Positions 37,695 to 48,028 are shown, numbered from the stretch's first letter. The stretch: DNA of 64,000 bases from Candidatus Aenigmatarchaeota archaeon (GCA_039000165.1 JAWBTW010000001.1:13179-77178), one strand, 5' to 3'. The notes: a model not told the origin generated them from the sequence alone. Program-made: numbers and translations.

Positions 37695-39154
37695 CCTAAG
37701 ATTTTCTTTATCAATGGGTGCATTTCTTCCTCTCTTTGCATACTTAATTCTTCATAATAACTATAAATAATCATAACAGTTAATAAGATTCCTGTTCCTG
37801 TACCTATTGCTCCCAAGAAATCTGCAAATGCAGCTAAAATTCCTACTATTATTCCACCTAATACTGCAAGATAGGGGATATATCTTCTCAAAACGTTTTC
37901 CATAATCTTTTTATCGCTTCTATAGCCTGGGATGTGTAAACCTATAGCATCTATTTGCTCAGCAACGCTTGCAGGATCCATTCCTGAAGTGTTTATCCAG
38001 AAATAAGAGAAAATAGCGCATCCAACCACCATAAAAGAAAGGTAAGTCATTGCTCTAACTATTTCCCAAGAGTTGAAAGTTGTGGTTGAAAGATTTGGAA
38101 AAGCTAAACTTAAAAGTTCGAGTAATAGATTCCTTGGAGATGAAAGAAAATAAACAACTCCACTTATGGGGTTACCAGGAGTGTAGCTTCCGTCTGGTTG
38201 GGCTACCTTTTCAAAACAACCCAGAAAGCTACAAAAAGCATTCTCTGTTTCTTGTAAGCCTACTCTACTGAAAAGCTGAATGTTAGCCAACAGTGCAGCC
38301 ACCAAAATCACTGGAATGTTACTTGTATACAAAAGTTTTAAACTCCATGTTCTTCCAAAACCTCTTATTGCTGTAAAAGACAAAGGAATTGGGATATGGA
38401 TTCCTTGAATGTAAACTACTATCAAGAAAATTATAACCGTTGAAAGCAAGGGGATTAAATAAGATAAAGCAAGCCAATTATTTCCTGCTAAGATGTTAGC
38501 AAAAAAACCCCACAGCCTACCTACAAACTCCCCAGTGGGAGTTGTTGTTTTGCAAAGCCATACCATGCTAGATGGGCCACAAGGACTAAAAACGTTTATT
38601 ATTATTTGAGTTGCAACTCCTGCTGCTATAAAAAGACTTACTCCTGAACCAAAACCCCATTTACTCACTAACTCGTCTAAAAGAATTACTATTACACCAC
38701 CTGCCGCAAGTTGAAGAATTACGAAAATATACATTCCAACTCCTCCTATAACTGGAATGTTTCCTGCTACAACAAAAGCTATTGCTTCTAAAAAGCAGAA
38801 TAAGAAAGCCAAAAACTTACTCCAAGCCTGAAATTTTTCTCTTCCTTCTGGTTTTGTCATATCCCAGTTTATTATTTTCGAACCTACCAAAAGTTGAAGA
38901 ATTATTCCTGAAGTTACTATCGGTCCAATCCCTAAGGTTAATAAGCTGCCAAACCTTGCTCCTAGAAGAGTTTGAATTTGAACTAATGCCTCAAATTGTG
39001 GTGTTGAGGCAATACCATAAACTGCTATATGAGACAATGCTAAGTAAAGAACTAATGCTATCAAAGTCCAGGTTAATTTTTTGTTAAAGCTTTGCTTGTA
39101 AGTTGGTTTTTGGATCGAAGGCAAAAATCTTGTTATTTTTTCTATTTCTACCAT
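37691..39154 (-). CDS. secY: Preprotein translocase subunit SecY
   Basis: 487 aa, 10 TM helices, conserved position after rpl15. Confidence 0.9.
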   Translation of the reverse strand: MVEIEKITRFLPSIQKPTYKQSFNKKLTWTLIALVLYLALSHIAVYGIASTPQFEALVQIQTLLGARFGSLLTLGIGPIVTSGIILQLLVGSKIINWDMTKPEGREKFQAWSKFLAFLFCFLEAIAFVVAGNIPVIGGVGMYIFVILQLAAGGVIVILLDELVSKWGFGSGVSLFIAAGVATQIIINVFSPCGPSSMVWLCKTTTPTGEFVGRLWGFFANILAGNNWLALSYLIPLLSTVIIFLIVVYIQGIHIPIPLSFTAIRGFGRTWSLKLLYTSNIPVILVAALLANIQLFSRVGLQETENAFCSFLGCFEKVAQPDGSYTPGNPISGVVYFLSSPRNLLLELLSLAFPNLSTTTFNSWEIVRAMTYLSFMVVGCAIFSYFWINTSGMDPASVAEQIDAIGLHIPGYRSDKKIMENVLRRYIPYLAVLGGIIVGILAAFADFLGAIGTGTGILLTVMIIYSYYEELSMQREEEMHPLIKKILG

Positions 39155-39240
39155 TATCTTTAAAATTGAGTGTTCTAATTTAAATATTTAGAAGAAGCTC
39201 GTTTATCCCTATACCAAAAACTTTTTAAATTCTTGAAAAA

Positions 39241-39681
39241 CTATTGAACAACTACAGCTTTCCCCCCAGCTTCTTCTATCTTTCTTACGGCTTTTTTAGA
39301 GAAAAACTTTGCTTCAATTATTAAGGGTTTGGTTATTTTTCCTGTACCTAGGACCTTTTCATAACCGAGTTTTAAGACATTTATTTTTATTTTTTCTCCA
39401 TCTTTTTCTGCAATTTTTTGTTCTAAGAGGCTTTCTGCTTTTTTATCTAGTTCTTCAAGGTTTATGGACTTAATTTCTTTAACATCAAAAGGCCTTTTAA
39501 AACCTCTTTTTCCAAAATGATCTTTCGCGTACTTAACAGTATAGGTCCATTTGTGCTTATGCATCCCGGCAAAGCCTCTACCTCCTCTGCTTCCTTTCCC
39601 TCTGTGCTTCTTGTGGCTTCCGTAGCCATAAGTACGATGTCCTCTGTATTTTCTAACCTTTTTCTCCCTTCTCACGACCAT
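39241..39681 (-). CDS. rpl15: Ribosomal protein L15 (uL15)
   Basis: KYRGHRTYGYGSHKKHRGKGSRGGRG. Confidence 0.85.
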   Translation of the reverse strand: MVVRREKKVRKYRGHRTYGYGSHKKHRGKGSRGGRGFAGMHKHKWTYTVKYAKDHFGKRGFKRPFDVKEIKSINLEELDKKAESLLEQKIAEKDGEKIKINVLKLGYEKVLGTGKITKPLIIEAKFFSKKAVRKIEEAGGKAVVVQ

Positions 39682-40133
39682 TAAATCATCCTCTTAAGCA
39701 ATTCGTTTATTTCTTTTCCTCTATAGCCTAAATCTCCTTTTGGATAGTGCTCTTTTACGGATTTAAACCCCTTTGAAGGTGGTGTTAACCTAAAAACAGG
39801 TTTAAGTTTTTCAAAATCCTTTAACTTAACCTTTTCTTCAAGCAAGGCAGAAGCAAAATCTTCAAAACTATCAAAATTTGTTATTTCTTTTAAAATCTTT
39901 TCATCAACTCTTTTATCTCCCAAAGCTCTTAACCTTTTCCTTAGAAGCTCTACTAAAGTTTCTTTGTCTATTTCACCCCATGTTACAAAATCTTTGACTT
40001 TTTGTACCATTCCTTTAAAGCTTGGAGTTTCTGGCAAGATTACACAGTTATTCACATGCTTAAGCCTAAGCATTCTCAAAGTATCTTCTATTTCTTTTCT
40101 AGCTTTACCTCTTATCCTTATAACCGCTAACAT
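39681..40133 (-). CDS. rpl30: Ribosomal protein L30 (uL30)
   Basis: MLAVIRIRGKA..., 150 aa. Confidence 0.85.
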   Translation of the reverse strand: MLAVIRIRGKARKEIEDTLRMLRLKHVNNCVILPETPSFKGMVQKVKDFVTWGEIDKETLVELLRKRLRALGDKRVDEKILKEITNFDSFEDFASALLEEKVKLKDFEKLKPVFRLTPPSKGFKSVKEHYPKGDLGYRGKEINELLKRMI

Positions 40134-40841
40134 TTATTCACCTTTCTCGTAAATGTATAGATTTTTCAAAGCGTCAAAAATCGCTCCTATTAGGTTCATT
40201 CTGGTCGAAGTGTTCCCAAAAGTTTTTACCCAAACATCCTTTATTCCGGCTAGTTTTAAAATCTTCTTTGCTTCATCGCTAGCTACCAAGCCAACCCCTT
40301 TTGGCGCAGGTAGCAAAACTGCTCTTACTGAGCCACATTTTCCCTCAATTTTGAAAGGAATAGAATGAGGTTCATCACAGCTACACTCAAAGCTACCACA
40401 TCCTCTTTTAATTTTTAGTATGTTAAGTTTTGCTTTTTGTATAGCTTTAGCTATAGCATCTCTTGCTTCAGGAGCTGATCCTTTTCCAATACCAACAATT
40501 CCGTCTTCATTTCCAACAACAACAAAAGCAGTCATTTTGAACCTTCTTCCTGATTTGTGCATGGTTGCGGTAATCTTCACAGGAATTCTTTGGATTCCCC
40601 CACCTTTTCCTGTTCTTCCTCCTATAAGAATTAGCTCGCTTTTCAAGTTTGGTAAAAGTTTGTCGACAATTTCAGGTTCAGTAATCTTTCTTCCGGACTT
40701 GAAAATTTCCTCTATACTTGTAATCTTTCCTTCAAAAACCTCTTTTCCTAGGGAAGTTCTTGGCTGCCATTTTTCTAAAGGTGAAACCGTTTCTATCTTA
40801 GGTAGCTCCTCTTCTACTTTTTCTTCTACCATTCTATTCAC
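40134..40841 (-). CDS. rps5: Ribosomal protein S5 (uS5)
   Basis: dsRBD plus S5 C-terminal domain, 235 aa. Confidence 0.85.
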   Translation of the reverse strand: MNRMVEEKVEEELPKIETVSPLEKWQPRTSLGKEVFEGKITSIEEIFKSGRKITEPEIVDKLLPNLKSELILIGGRTGKGGGIQRIPVKITATMHKSGRRFKMTAFVVVGNEDGIVGIGKGSAPEARDAIAKAIQKAKLNILKIKRGCGSFECSCDEPHSIPFKIEGKCGSVRAVLLPAPKGVGLVASDEAKKILKLAGIKDVWVKTFGNTSTRMNLIGAIFDALKNLYIYEKGE

Positions 40842-41352
40842 CTAAAATTTTTTTCTTCATTTTTTCAAAATCTTCCGGTATATTCTTAAACTTTTCTAAG
40901 TAGTTAGAGATGTGCATACCTTTTATTCTCTCTTCACTAGGCAAAACTTCCTCACTAACTCTAACTTTAAGTCCAGCGTCCAAAGCACCTTTTACACAAG
41001 CATAAATCCTTGAACCTTTCGTAGAAGGGCTCAAACCAAGGTCTAAAATTGCTTCCTTTATTCCCTTTTCCAAAGCCCTTTTTCCTAGAAGTAAACCTGT
41101 TAGGTATGATGCAGGTAAATTATCACAAGCATAGTTCCAACCAAGCTTTCTTAACTCCTTAGAAAAAGCAAAAACTATGGTTCTATCCCCCCTTTTGTCG
41201 AACTCAACGATATGAGCTCTTATATATTTTAGGCTTTTTCTTACTACTAGCCTAGGTTTTTTGGAAAGTAAAAGCTTAAGTCTTCTCTTATAATCTGTTT
41301 TTCCTTCTCTCCTTCTTTTGAAAGGCATTTTGTATGTTGGCTTAAGCTTCAT
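40834..41352 (-). CDS. rpl18: Ribosomal protein L18 (uL18)
   Basis: 172 aa, conserved order. Confidence 0.8.
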   Translation of the reverse strand: MKLKPTYKMPFKRRREGKTDYKRRLKLLLSKKPRLVVRKSLKYIRAHIVEFDKRGDRTIVFAFSKELRKLGWNYACDNLPASYLTGLLLGKRALEKGIKEAILDLGLSPSTKGSRIYACVKGALDAGLKVRVSEEVLPSEERIKGMHISNYLEKFKNIPEDFEKMKKKILGE

Positions 41353-41774
41353 TTTTTCCCTCTTTTTTTTATCAAATCATGTTGCTCAAGATAAATTTTC
41401 AAGTGTGACTTGCTTCTAAACATTCCTCCTTTTACAAGTCTGTAAAGCCTTTTAAAGGTAACATTATCTATTTCTCTTTTACTTTTCATTTCCTTCAGCA
41501 TCTCTCTTAAAGCTCTCACTGTTGAAACCCATCTTTCCTTTCTAGAAACAACAGCATACTTTGCTCCCTTTCTCAATTTTCCTCTTTTTTTCTTTTCCTT
41601 AGGTTTTTTCACTTTTTCCGGTAAAACTTTTATCGCTCCTTTTTTAATCAACTTTCTTATGTCAGCGGCTGTTATAGCTTCATCTATTTCCTTTTTTCTG
41701 GTTGGATCAAGCCAAACTCTTGATTCTCCAACCTTAAGTATTTTTGCTGCAAGTCTTCTTTGAAGTCTTGTCAT
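41349..41774 (-). CDS. rpl19e: Ribosomal protein L19e
   Basis: MTRLQRRLAAKILKVGESRVWLDP. Confidence 0.85.
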   Translation of the reverse strand: MTRLQRRLAAKILKVGESRVWLDPTRKKEIDEAITAADIRKLIKKGAIKVLPEKVKKPKEKKKRGKLRKGAKYAVVSRKERWVSTVRALREMLKEMKSKREIDNVTFKRLYRLVKGGMFRSKSHLKIYLEQHDLIKKRGKK

Positions 41775-42133
41775 GGGTTTAGCACCTTTATTTTTAATTC
41801 TTCTGCTTTTTTCAAAATTTCTTGTCTTTTTTTCTTTCCTACAGTATGAGCGATTTTTATGGCTTCTTTTTCTGGGTTGATTTTTTCAAGTTCTTTGAGG
41901 TTGTGAACCAAAACTTCTTTGTAGCCTGAGGGATGTAAATATCTTAAATTTTTTGGAGCTCCATAGCCTGGGGATGGCATTTTTCCTTTTGATTTTTCTT
42001 TCCTTCTAAGCTTGCTATGCATTCCTCTTGGTCTTCTCCATTTTTCCCCTAACCTTTTATAGGCTTTTGCACCTTGCCTTAAGAATTTTGGTTTTTTCTT
42101 TGGGTTAACCATTATTCTCGCCCTACAATCCAT
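41771..42133 (-). CDS. rpl32e: Ribosomal protein L32e
   Basis: 120 aa, conserved order. Confidence 0.8.
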   Translation of the reverse strand: MDCRARIMVNPKKKPKFLRQGAKAYKRLGEKWRRPRGMHSKLRRKEKSKGKMPSPGYGAPKNLRYLHPSGYKEVLVHNLKELEKINPEKEAIKIAHTVGKKKRQEILKKAEELKIKVLNP

Positions 42134-42636
42134 ATACCATCTTGGAAAACTCTTCTATCTCTAGCTTTTATCCTACAGGCTTGCTCGATGTTTGCTGCCG
42201 TTTGTGAAACATCTTCTAAATCTATTCCAGAAACATAAATTTCTGGTGGAACTACTTCAACCTTAACATTACCCTTTATTTTTGCAATTCTTGGAACCCT
42301 TTCTCCTAAGAAATTTTGAATTAAAACCCTATCTCCTTCAACTTTTACTGTTACTGGAAAATGTGAATAAACGATCTTAAGCTTGTACTTAAAACCTTTT
42401 TGAACACCTTCTACCATATTTCTTAAATGGGCAATTACAGTTCCTACCATAGCTTTTAACTTCCTTCTTTCTTTTTCACAAGAAACTTTTATAAGATTGT
42501 TAAGTTTTTCCACTTTTACTTCTTTTGGGATTTTAAGTTCTTTTTCTAATTTTCCTAAGGGTCCTGAAACTTTAAACTTACTTCCTTCTATTTCAACACT
42601 AACTCCTTCTGGAATTTTAAACTCAACAAAGTACAT
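42112..42636 (-). CDS. rpl6: Ribosomal protein L6 (uL6)
   Basis: 174 aa, conserved order. Confidence 0.85.
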   Translation of the reverse strand: MYFVEFKIPEGVSVEIEGSKFKVSGPLGKLEKELKIPKEVKVEKLNNLIKVSCEKERRKLKAMVGTVIAHLRNMVEGVQKGFKYKLKIVYSHFPVTVKVEGDRVLIQNFLGERVPRIAKIKGNVKVEVVPPEIYVSGIDLEDVSQTAANIEQACRIKARDRRVFQDGIWIVGRE

Positions 42637-42644
42637 CCTATCAC

Positions 42645-43031
42645 CTAATAAAAGTATGCTAAAAGTCTACCTCCCAAATGTAACTCTCTAGCTTTTCTAT
42701 GGTCCATTATTCCTTTTGGTGTTGTTAAGACCAAAAAGCCAAACTCTCTCGCAGGTAAAAATCTTTTTTCCCATTTCTGCAATTCTTCAACTTTAACGGA
42801 GTAGTTTGGCTTGATAACGTTACAATCTATTATTTTTCCCTTAAGCTCAACCCTGAACTTTCCTGATTTACCATCATCTATAAATTCGAAAGCCCCAATG
42901 TAGCCTCTTTCCTGCATAACTTTCAAAACACTTCTAACAACCTTAGAGGCAGGAGTAACACATTCCTTTTTTCCTACTCTTTCTGCGTTTTTTATTGCCG
43001 ATAAAACATCAGCAAGCGTGTCATGACGCAT
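42645..43031 (-). CDS. rps8: Ribosomal protein S8 (uS8)
   Basis: MRHDTLADVLSAIKNAERVGKKE. Confidence 0.85.
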   Translation of the reverse strand: MRHDTLADVLSAIKNAERVGKKECVTPASKVVRSVLKVMQERGYIGAFEFIDDGKSGKFRVELKGKIIDCNVIKPNYSVKVEELQKWEKRFLPAREFGFLVLTTPKGIMDHRKARELHLGGRLLAYFY

Positions 43032-43101
43032 AATCTCACATAATAGTAAAATGTAATTTTAGTTTAAAAGGTTTTTAAAGTTTGCCAAACAGAAAGAATT
43101 T

Positions 43102-43410
43102 ATGAGTTATGAGATTGAACTTGAAAAATGCACAATTGCCTTGGGAGGTCTTTTGTTAGAAGATGGTACTTATCTTAGAAAAGATATTGTTAGAACTTAC
43201 TATAGAAATTTCTGTTTGGGTGATTTTCAAGCCGAGAAAATCATTAAAAATTTAAATTTATTTTTAACTGAAGCACAAAAAATGATAGAAGAGATGAAAA
43301 AAGTAAGAACTGAAGATTTACGGTTAGCTGCAAGCTTAGGGGTAATAATCAATTATTACCCAACTTTGAAAGATGAGTTAAAGAATCTTGCTAGAAAGTA
43401 TTTTGGTTAA
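43102..43410 (+). CDS. Hypothetical protein
   Basis: ORF of 102 aa. Confidence 0.35.
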   Translation: MSYEIELEKCTIALGGLLLEDGTYLRKDIVRTYYRNFCLGDFQAEKIIKNLNLFLTEAQKMIEEMKKVRTEDLRLAASLGVIINYYPTLKDELKNLARKYFG

Positions 43411-43742
43411 ACTCTTCCGTACTTATCTTCTATTCTAATTATGTCCTTTTCTGAAAATTTACCACAACAAATCTCGGTTACTATTGAAGGTTCGTCTATT
43501 CCTATGATTCTGTGTTCACATTTTTTTGGGATAATTTCGAAAGTGTCGCTTCTCAAGATAATTTCCTTACCTTTTTTTATGATTTTCACAGGTCTTACAG
43601 CATGCCAAAACTCGGACCTTTTATTATGATACTGTAAAGAGGTGCACTCGTTAGGAAAGATTATAAGGGTTTTTATCGTTATCCCATCTTTATGTAAGGA
43701 GTGTAAATGGTCTATTCCCCATTTTTTTAGTTTAAGTTTCAT
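43407..43742 (-). CDS. Cupin-domain protein (mannose-6-phosphate isomerase type II C-terminal-like)
   Basis: LQYHNKRSEFWHAV...CEHRIIG...EKDIIRIEDKYGRV pattern. Confidence 0.55.
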   Translation of the reverse strand: MKLKLKKWGIDHLHSLHKDGITIKTLIIFPNECTSLQYHNKRSEFWHAVRPVKIIKKGKEIILRSDTFEIIPKKCEHRIIGIDEPSIVTEICCGKFSEKDIIRIEDKYGRV

Positions 43743-44026
43743 CTAATCAATAGTTAGGAGTTTAAAAATTTATTTTTTAAAATAAAAGGTAAGCTACAAG
43801 CAAAAAACCAAATACTACACAAACGAAGACAAAATCCAGTATGCTTACAGAAGAAGGAACTTCCAAAACGAAAAATCCTGTCGAAGAGCCTAGGGTAAAA
43901 AAGAAAAGGGGAATTAAAAATAAGGAAGAAAGGAATATAAAAAATTTATATAAGTTATCCTTCTTTTCTTCTTTATTTAACCTCATAATTAATATTAAAC
44001 GAATGAAAATAAAAAGGCTTGCAAGA

Positions 44027-44617
44027 GCTTATTTTTTGAGGTGTTTGATGTCGTTTATAGCCACAATTTTTATTTCTTTATCCTTTGTTACCTCTATTAT
44101 ATTCAGGGATGCTTTCTCTTGTTTTAATTTTTCTCTGGGTAATTTAGTTAGATACACCAAAAGTTCAACTATTATTGAAGCATGAGTTACTACCAAAACT
44201 GTTTTATTAAAATATTTTTTTTAATATTTTATTGAAAAATTTGACAGCTCTTCTTTGAACACTTTGACAGCTTTCTCCCCCTTCTGGTACAAACTCATGA
44301 AATTGCTTACCACTCTCTTTCAATGCTCTAAAAAATTCTTCCTTGGGTCTGCCTTGGAAAATTCCAAAATCTCTTTCCTTGAGCAGTTTATCAAACTTTA
44401 TAGGCAAACCATGATACCTGTTTATTATTTCTGCAGTTTCTTTCGCTCTTTTTAATTTGCTAGAAAAAATTACATCTATTTTTTCCTTTTTAAGTCTCTC
44501 GGCAAGCTTTTCTGCTTGTTTTCTTCCTTTTTCATTTAAACTTTCATCTATTGAACCAAGGAAAATTCCTTTTTCACTTCCTTCAGTTTCTGCATGTCTT
44601 ACTAGTAGAATCTTCAT
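44027..44617 (-). CDS. Histidine phosphatase (phosphoglycerate mutase family), split by a homopolymer frameshift at the T8 run 44212-44219
   Basis: N-terminal RHAETE (RHG motif). The C-terminal half KTVLVVTHASIIVELL...NDIKHL continues in another frame after KKIF*. Confidence 0.65.
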
Positions 44618-44655
44618 TTTCTCTGCAAATTTCTAAGGGAATATTTTATTAAACA

Positions 44656-44730
44656 TGCGCCAGCCGGGATTTGAACCCGGGTTACGAGCTTGGAAGGCTC
44701 GTGTCTTAGACCAGGCTGGACCACTGGCGC
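44656..44730 (-). tRNA. tRNA-Gly (anticodon UCC), intronless
   Basis: Acceptor GCGCCAG/CUGGCGC, anticodon arm CGAGC-CUUCCAA-GCUCG, T-arm CCGGGUUCAAAUCCCGG, A73. Confidence 0.85.
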
Positions 44731-44911
44731 TTCGTTACTTTTATAAATTATTAATTCAAGGTTTAAATATGCCTACTGAAGAAATTATAAAAAAATCAAT
44801 AAAAAAATTGAAGAAAAAATTTCCTGAGTTAGGAGAAACTTTAGAAAGAGAGCTTATTCCTTTGAAAGGAGAAGAAATTCAACCAAGAGTTATAAAGAAA
44901 AAGAAAAGAAT

Positions 44912-45256
44912 TTAACCAATGTAAGGAGTTGGAGGGACTGGTTGAGCAGGTTTGAGCTTTGGTCTTTTTCTAAAGTATTCCTTGTAATATTCCCAAGTTT
45001 TTCTTGCTTTTTCTCCTCTCAAAATTTTTATTATAATCATCTTTGGCCTAAAAGGTTGTTGAGAAGTTGGGTTGTAATCTATTAAAACAATATCCCCAAT
45101 TTTAAGCTCGTTTGCAATTCTCGGGTCAACTTCATAAGTTATCACATTTTCATCCCAGGTTTCGACTAAAGCCTGAACAGAAGAATCAGAGCTTGCTATT
45201 TCTTTATCTTTCGAAGAAAAAATTTCTAAAATTTTTCCAACATGATAGTAAACCAT
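44912..45256 (-). CDS. Hypothetical protein
   Basis: ORF of 114 aa. Confidence 0.35.
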   Translation of the reverse strand: MVYYHVGKILEIFSSKDKEIASSDSSVQALVETWDENVITYEVDPRIANELKIGDIVLIDYNPTSQQPFRPKMIIIKILRGEKARKTWEYYKEYFRKRPKLKPAQPVPPTPYIG

Positions 45257-45259
45257 TTT

Positions 45260-45529
45260 TCATCCTCCTGCTATCAAATATCCAACAATTATTTCATCTG
45301 TACTTATAGGTTCGTTTTCAATATTCTTAAGTATTCTTCCTTCCTTAGTTAGCAAGATAACTTCATTCAAAAAATCAACTTTATCCTTATTTTTTGCCAA
45401 AAATTTTTCTCTTAATGCCTGAATTGCATCCTTATAAAAGGCATTTTCTGGAAGGTATAGGAATTCTTCTTTTTCGTTTAAACCAAAAAGTTCGTTGGCT
45501 TTGCCAATGTATCTAACTTTTATCTTCAT
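45260..45529 (-). CDS. MoaD/ThiS/SAMP-like ubiquitin-fold protein ending in Gly-Gly
   Basis: 89 aa with C-terminal ...[12 protein letters not shown]; overlaps the downstream gene start by 4 nt. Confidence 0.55.
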   Translation of the reverse strand: MKIKVRYIGKANELFGLNEKEEFLYLPENAFYKDAIQALREKFLAKNKDKVDFLNEVILLTKEGRILKNIENEPISTDEIIVGYLIAGG

Positions 45530-46017
45530 AGTTTATATCCTATTTTTCTTAGGAATTCTTTTCTTTCTTTTATCTCGTCATCTTTTTCGACACCTTTGGG
45601 TTTTAGTCCGTCTATTACGCCAATTACTCCTCTTCCTTGTTCTGTTTCTGCTATTATTACTTCTACAGGGTTTGCAGTTGCGCAAAAAATCGAACAAACT
45701 TCTGGGACTTCTTTTATTCTGTTCAGAACATTTATTGGGTAAGCATTCCTTATGAAAATCAGAAAAGTATGACCGCAACCAATTTCAAGGGCCTTCTCAC
45801 TAGCAAGTCTTTCTAGTTCTTCATCGTTTCCTGAGTGTCTTACCAAGCATTTTCCTGAAGATTCGCAAAAGGCTAAGCCGAACTTTATGTTTGGAACAGA
45901 ATTGACCAAGGCTTCGTGCAAATCTTCAACACTTTTTATAAAATGTGATTGACCAAAAATCAAATTACAGTTTTCTGGTGCTTGAATTTTAACTATTTTG
46001 AATTCCATAATATTCAT
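45526..46017 (-). CDS. Conserved hypothetical archaeal protein (function unknown)
   Basis: 163 aa, co-transcribed with the SAMP-like gene. Confidence 0.4.
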   Translation of the reverse strand: MNIMEFKIVKIQAPENCNLIFGQSHFIKSVEDLHEALVNSVPNIKFGLAFCESSGKCLVRHSGNDEELERLASEKALEIGCGHTFLIFIRNAYPINVLNRIKEVPEVCSIFCATANPVEVIIAETEQGRGVIGVIDGLKPKGVEKDDEIKERKEFLRKIGYKL

Positions 46018-46031
46018 TTTTAAATTCAGAT

Positions 46032-46808
46032 TTAAATTTTATTCTTCAGAAAAGAATAAAGGTGTGACTTAAACTTGAGTTTTTTATCTTCTTTCCTTGA
46101 AATTTTTCCTTGAGTTAAAAGTTCGAACATTCTTTGAGCATTCTCTAGCATTGCATGATTATTGTTGAAAGCGACGAAAACTTTTTCTGGGTTTAAGCTC
46201 AAAATCTTTTCCTTCACTTCATCTAACTCTTTATCAGTGTAATAATGGGAATACCAAGCAGTTCTCCCATGCATTCTTTCATAAACTGTTTTATTTGAGG
46301 AATAAACCTCAAGTGGAAAGTCTGGTGAGTCAACACTTACCCAAGTAATTTTAAGCTTTCTTGCCCATTCTATCCATTCTTCCTTAAACCAATCTGAATT
46401 TCTAACCTCTAAAGCAAACCTTTCTTTTAAATTAGTTTTCTTGATAAACTCTTCTAGCTTTGATGAAAACTTTGAAGTAAGGCTTGGTGGTAGTTGAAAT
46501 AAGTAGAACTCTATGTTTTTCTCTAAAGGTTTAAACAAATCTTTAAACCTTTTCCAGAGCTCGAAAGCTTTTTCATTGAACTTATAAGTATGCGTAACGG
46601 TTTTGTTAACCTTTACAGCCCATCTAAATTCAGGGTTTATTTCCCGAGTTTTCTTGGCCCAAGATTTTACTTGGTTAGGAAAAGGAAAACGATAAAAGCT
46701 TGCGTTTAGCTCGATTGCGTTCAAGTTAGAGTTTTTTATATACCAATCAAAGCTAAGTTCAGGGTTCCAACTATAAAACCAGCCTGAGGTTCCGACAAAA
46801 ACTTCCAT
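46032..46808 (-). CDS. DUF72 (UPF0759) family protein
   Basis: N-terminal [10 protein letters not shown] motif. Confidence 0.6.
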   Translation of the reverse strand: MEVFVGTSGWFYSWNPELSFDWYIKNSNLNAIELNASFYRFPFPNQVKSWAKKTREINPEFRWAVKVNKTVTHTYKFNEKAFELWKRFKDLFKPLEKNIEFYLFQLPPSLTSKFSSKLEEFIKKTNLKERFALEVRNSDWFKEEWIEWARKLKITWVSVDSPDFPLEVYSSNKTVYERMHGRTAWYSHYYTDKELDEVKEKILSLNPEKVFVAFNNNHAMLENAQRMFELLTQGKISRKEDKKLKFKSHLYSFLKNKI

Positions 46809-46881
46809 AATACTCTTTTGTTCTTATAAACTCTTAATTCCTTCAAATTCCTTTCCTGATGCAAGAAATTTCAACAACTTT

Positions 46882-47730
46882 TTAAGAATGAAAAGCTCCT
46901 TCAAAACCTTTAATCAGTTCATCTATATCCTCACCTAAATTCTTACCTATGTAACCTCCCTCTAGGACAAAAAAAGTCGGTTTTTTGATCTTTCCTATAA
47001 TTCTTCCTACTTTTCTATAACAGGTTGAGCTTAATCCTAACGAAGCCAAATCGCCTTTGTGAGCGTCAAAACCCGCAGAAACTGCCACAAACTCTATTTT
47101 ACCTAAATCAACTTTTTCTATAGCTTTTTTCAAAGTTTTTAAATAAACCTCGTCTCCACATTCTGCCCTTAAAGGAAAATTTAAACAATTTTTCTCAGAG
47201 TTGAAGCCTGTTCCTGGATAAAAAGGAAATCTATGTAAAGAGATGAAGGTAACTTTCTCGTCATCTAAAAAGATTTCTTGTGTACCGTTGCCATGGTGTC
47301 CATCTATATCTATAATTAAAGTGTTTAGGTTCATTTTCTTAACAGCTATTGCTAAATTGTTGAAATAACAAAATCCTCTTGTCGCAGCATTCAAAGCTAT
47401 TCCATTTTTTCCTGCATGATGTCCAGGAGGTCTCATAAGGGAAAAGCCGTTAATTTCAGCAGCAAGTATCGCTCCTCCCGCAGAAAGTCTTGCATACTCG
47501 TAAATATTGGGATAAGCTGGGGTATCCACATCTTCTATTTCCCCTTTCTTTACTTTTGCAACATAACTTTTTGTATGGACTCTTAACAAATCTTTTAGAG
47601 AAGCTGGTTTTGGTTCTAAAAATTCGTAACCTTTGCTATTAAGAATATTGTAAGCTATTATAATTCTGTCCGGACTTTCAAGATGATATTCACCATATTC
47701 TAAACATTTTCTTGAAAATACTATTTTCAT
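46882..47730 (-). CDS. Histone-deacetylase-superfamily (AcuC/HDAC/acetylpolyamine amidohydrolase-like) protein
   Basis: DIDGHHGNGTQEIF and FVLEGGY motifs. Confidence 0.7.
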   Translation of the reverse strand: MKIVFSRKCLEYGEYHLESPDRIIIAYNILNSKGYEFLEPKPASLKDLLRVHTKSYVAKVKKGEIEDVDTPAYPNIYEYARLSAGGAILAAEINGFSLMRPPGHHAGKNGIALNAATRGFCYFNNLAIAVKKMNLNTLIIDIDGHHGNGTQEIFLDDEKVTFISLHRFPFYPGTGFNSEKNCLNFPLRAECGDEVYLKTLKKAIEKVDLGKIEFVAVSAGFDAHKGDLASLGLSSTCYRKVGRIIGKIKKPTFFVLEGGYIGKNLGEDIDELIKGFEGAFHS

Positions 47731-47791
47731 AAACTCAAGCCATTTTATTTTAAGACTTATTGTTTTTAATTTTTAAAGCAATCTTTTTATT

Positions 47792-48028
47792 ATGTATGGG
47801 GTTAAAATTTACAAAGTTTCAAAGGAAAAGCTGAGAGGAGCTCTGGGAAGAGCGTGGCCTTTTAAGGGAATAATAGAAATATCTGCAGAACTTTATGGTT
47901 ATAAAGAAAAAGAGGTTTTGGAACATGAACTAATGCACATAAAATATCCTTTTCTTTCAGAGTATGAAATAAGGATAAGGACAAGGCTTAAACTTATTTC
48001 CTTAGGAATAGTTCCCTCTTTTCATTAA
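47792..48028 (+). CDS. Small protein with HExxH motif (possible minimal metallopeptidase or DUF45-like)
   Basis: VLEHELMHIKYP. Confidence 0.3.
   Translation: MYGVKIYKVSKEKLRGALGRAWPFKGIIEISAELYGYKEKEVLEHELMHIKYPFLSEYEIRIRTRLKLISLGIVPSFH

Noticed and set aside
43841-44185. 114-aa plus-strand ORF
   Set aside because: It is antisense to the C-terminal half of the frameshifted histidine-phosphatase gene, which explains the region better.
44655-44915. 86-aa ORF beginning with MRQPGFEPG
   Set aside because: Its first 25 codons are the reverse reading of tRNA-Gly. Only a short downstream ATG ORF (44769-44915, 48 aa, Lys-rich) could be real, and there is no support for it.
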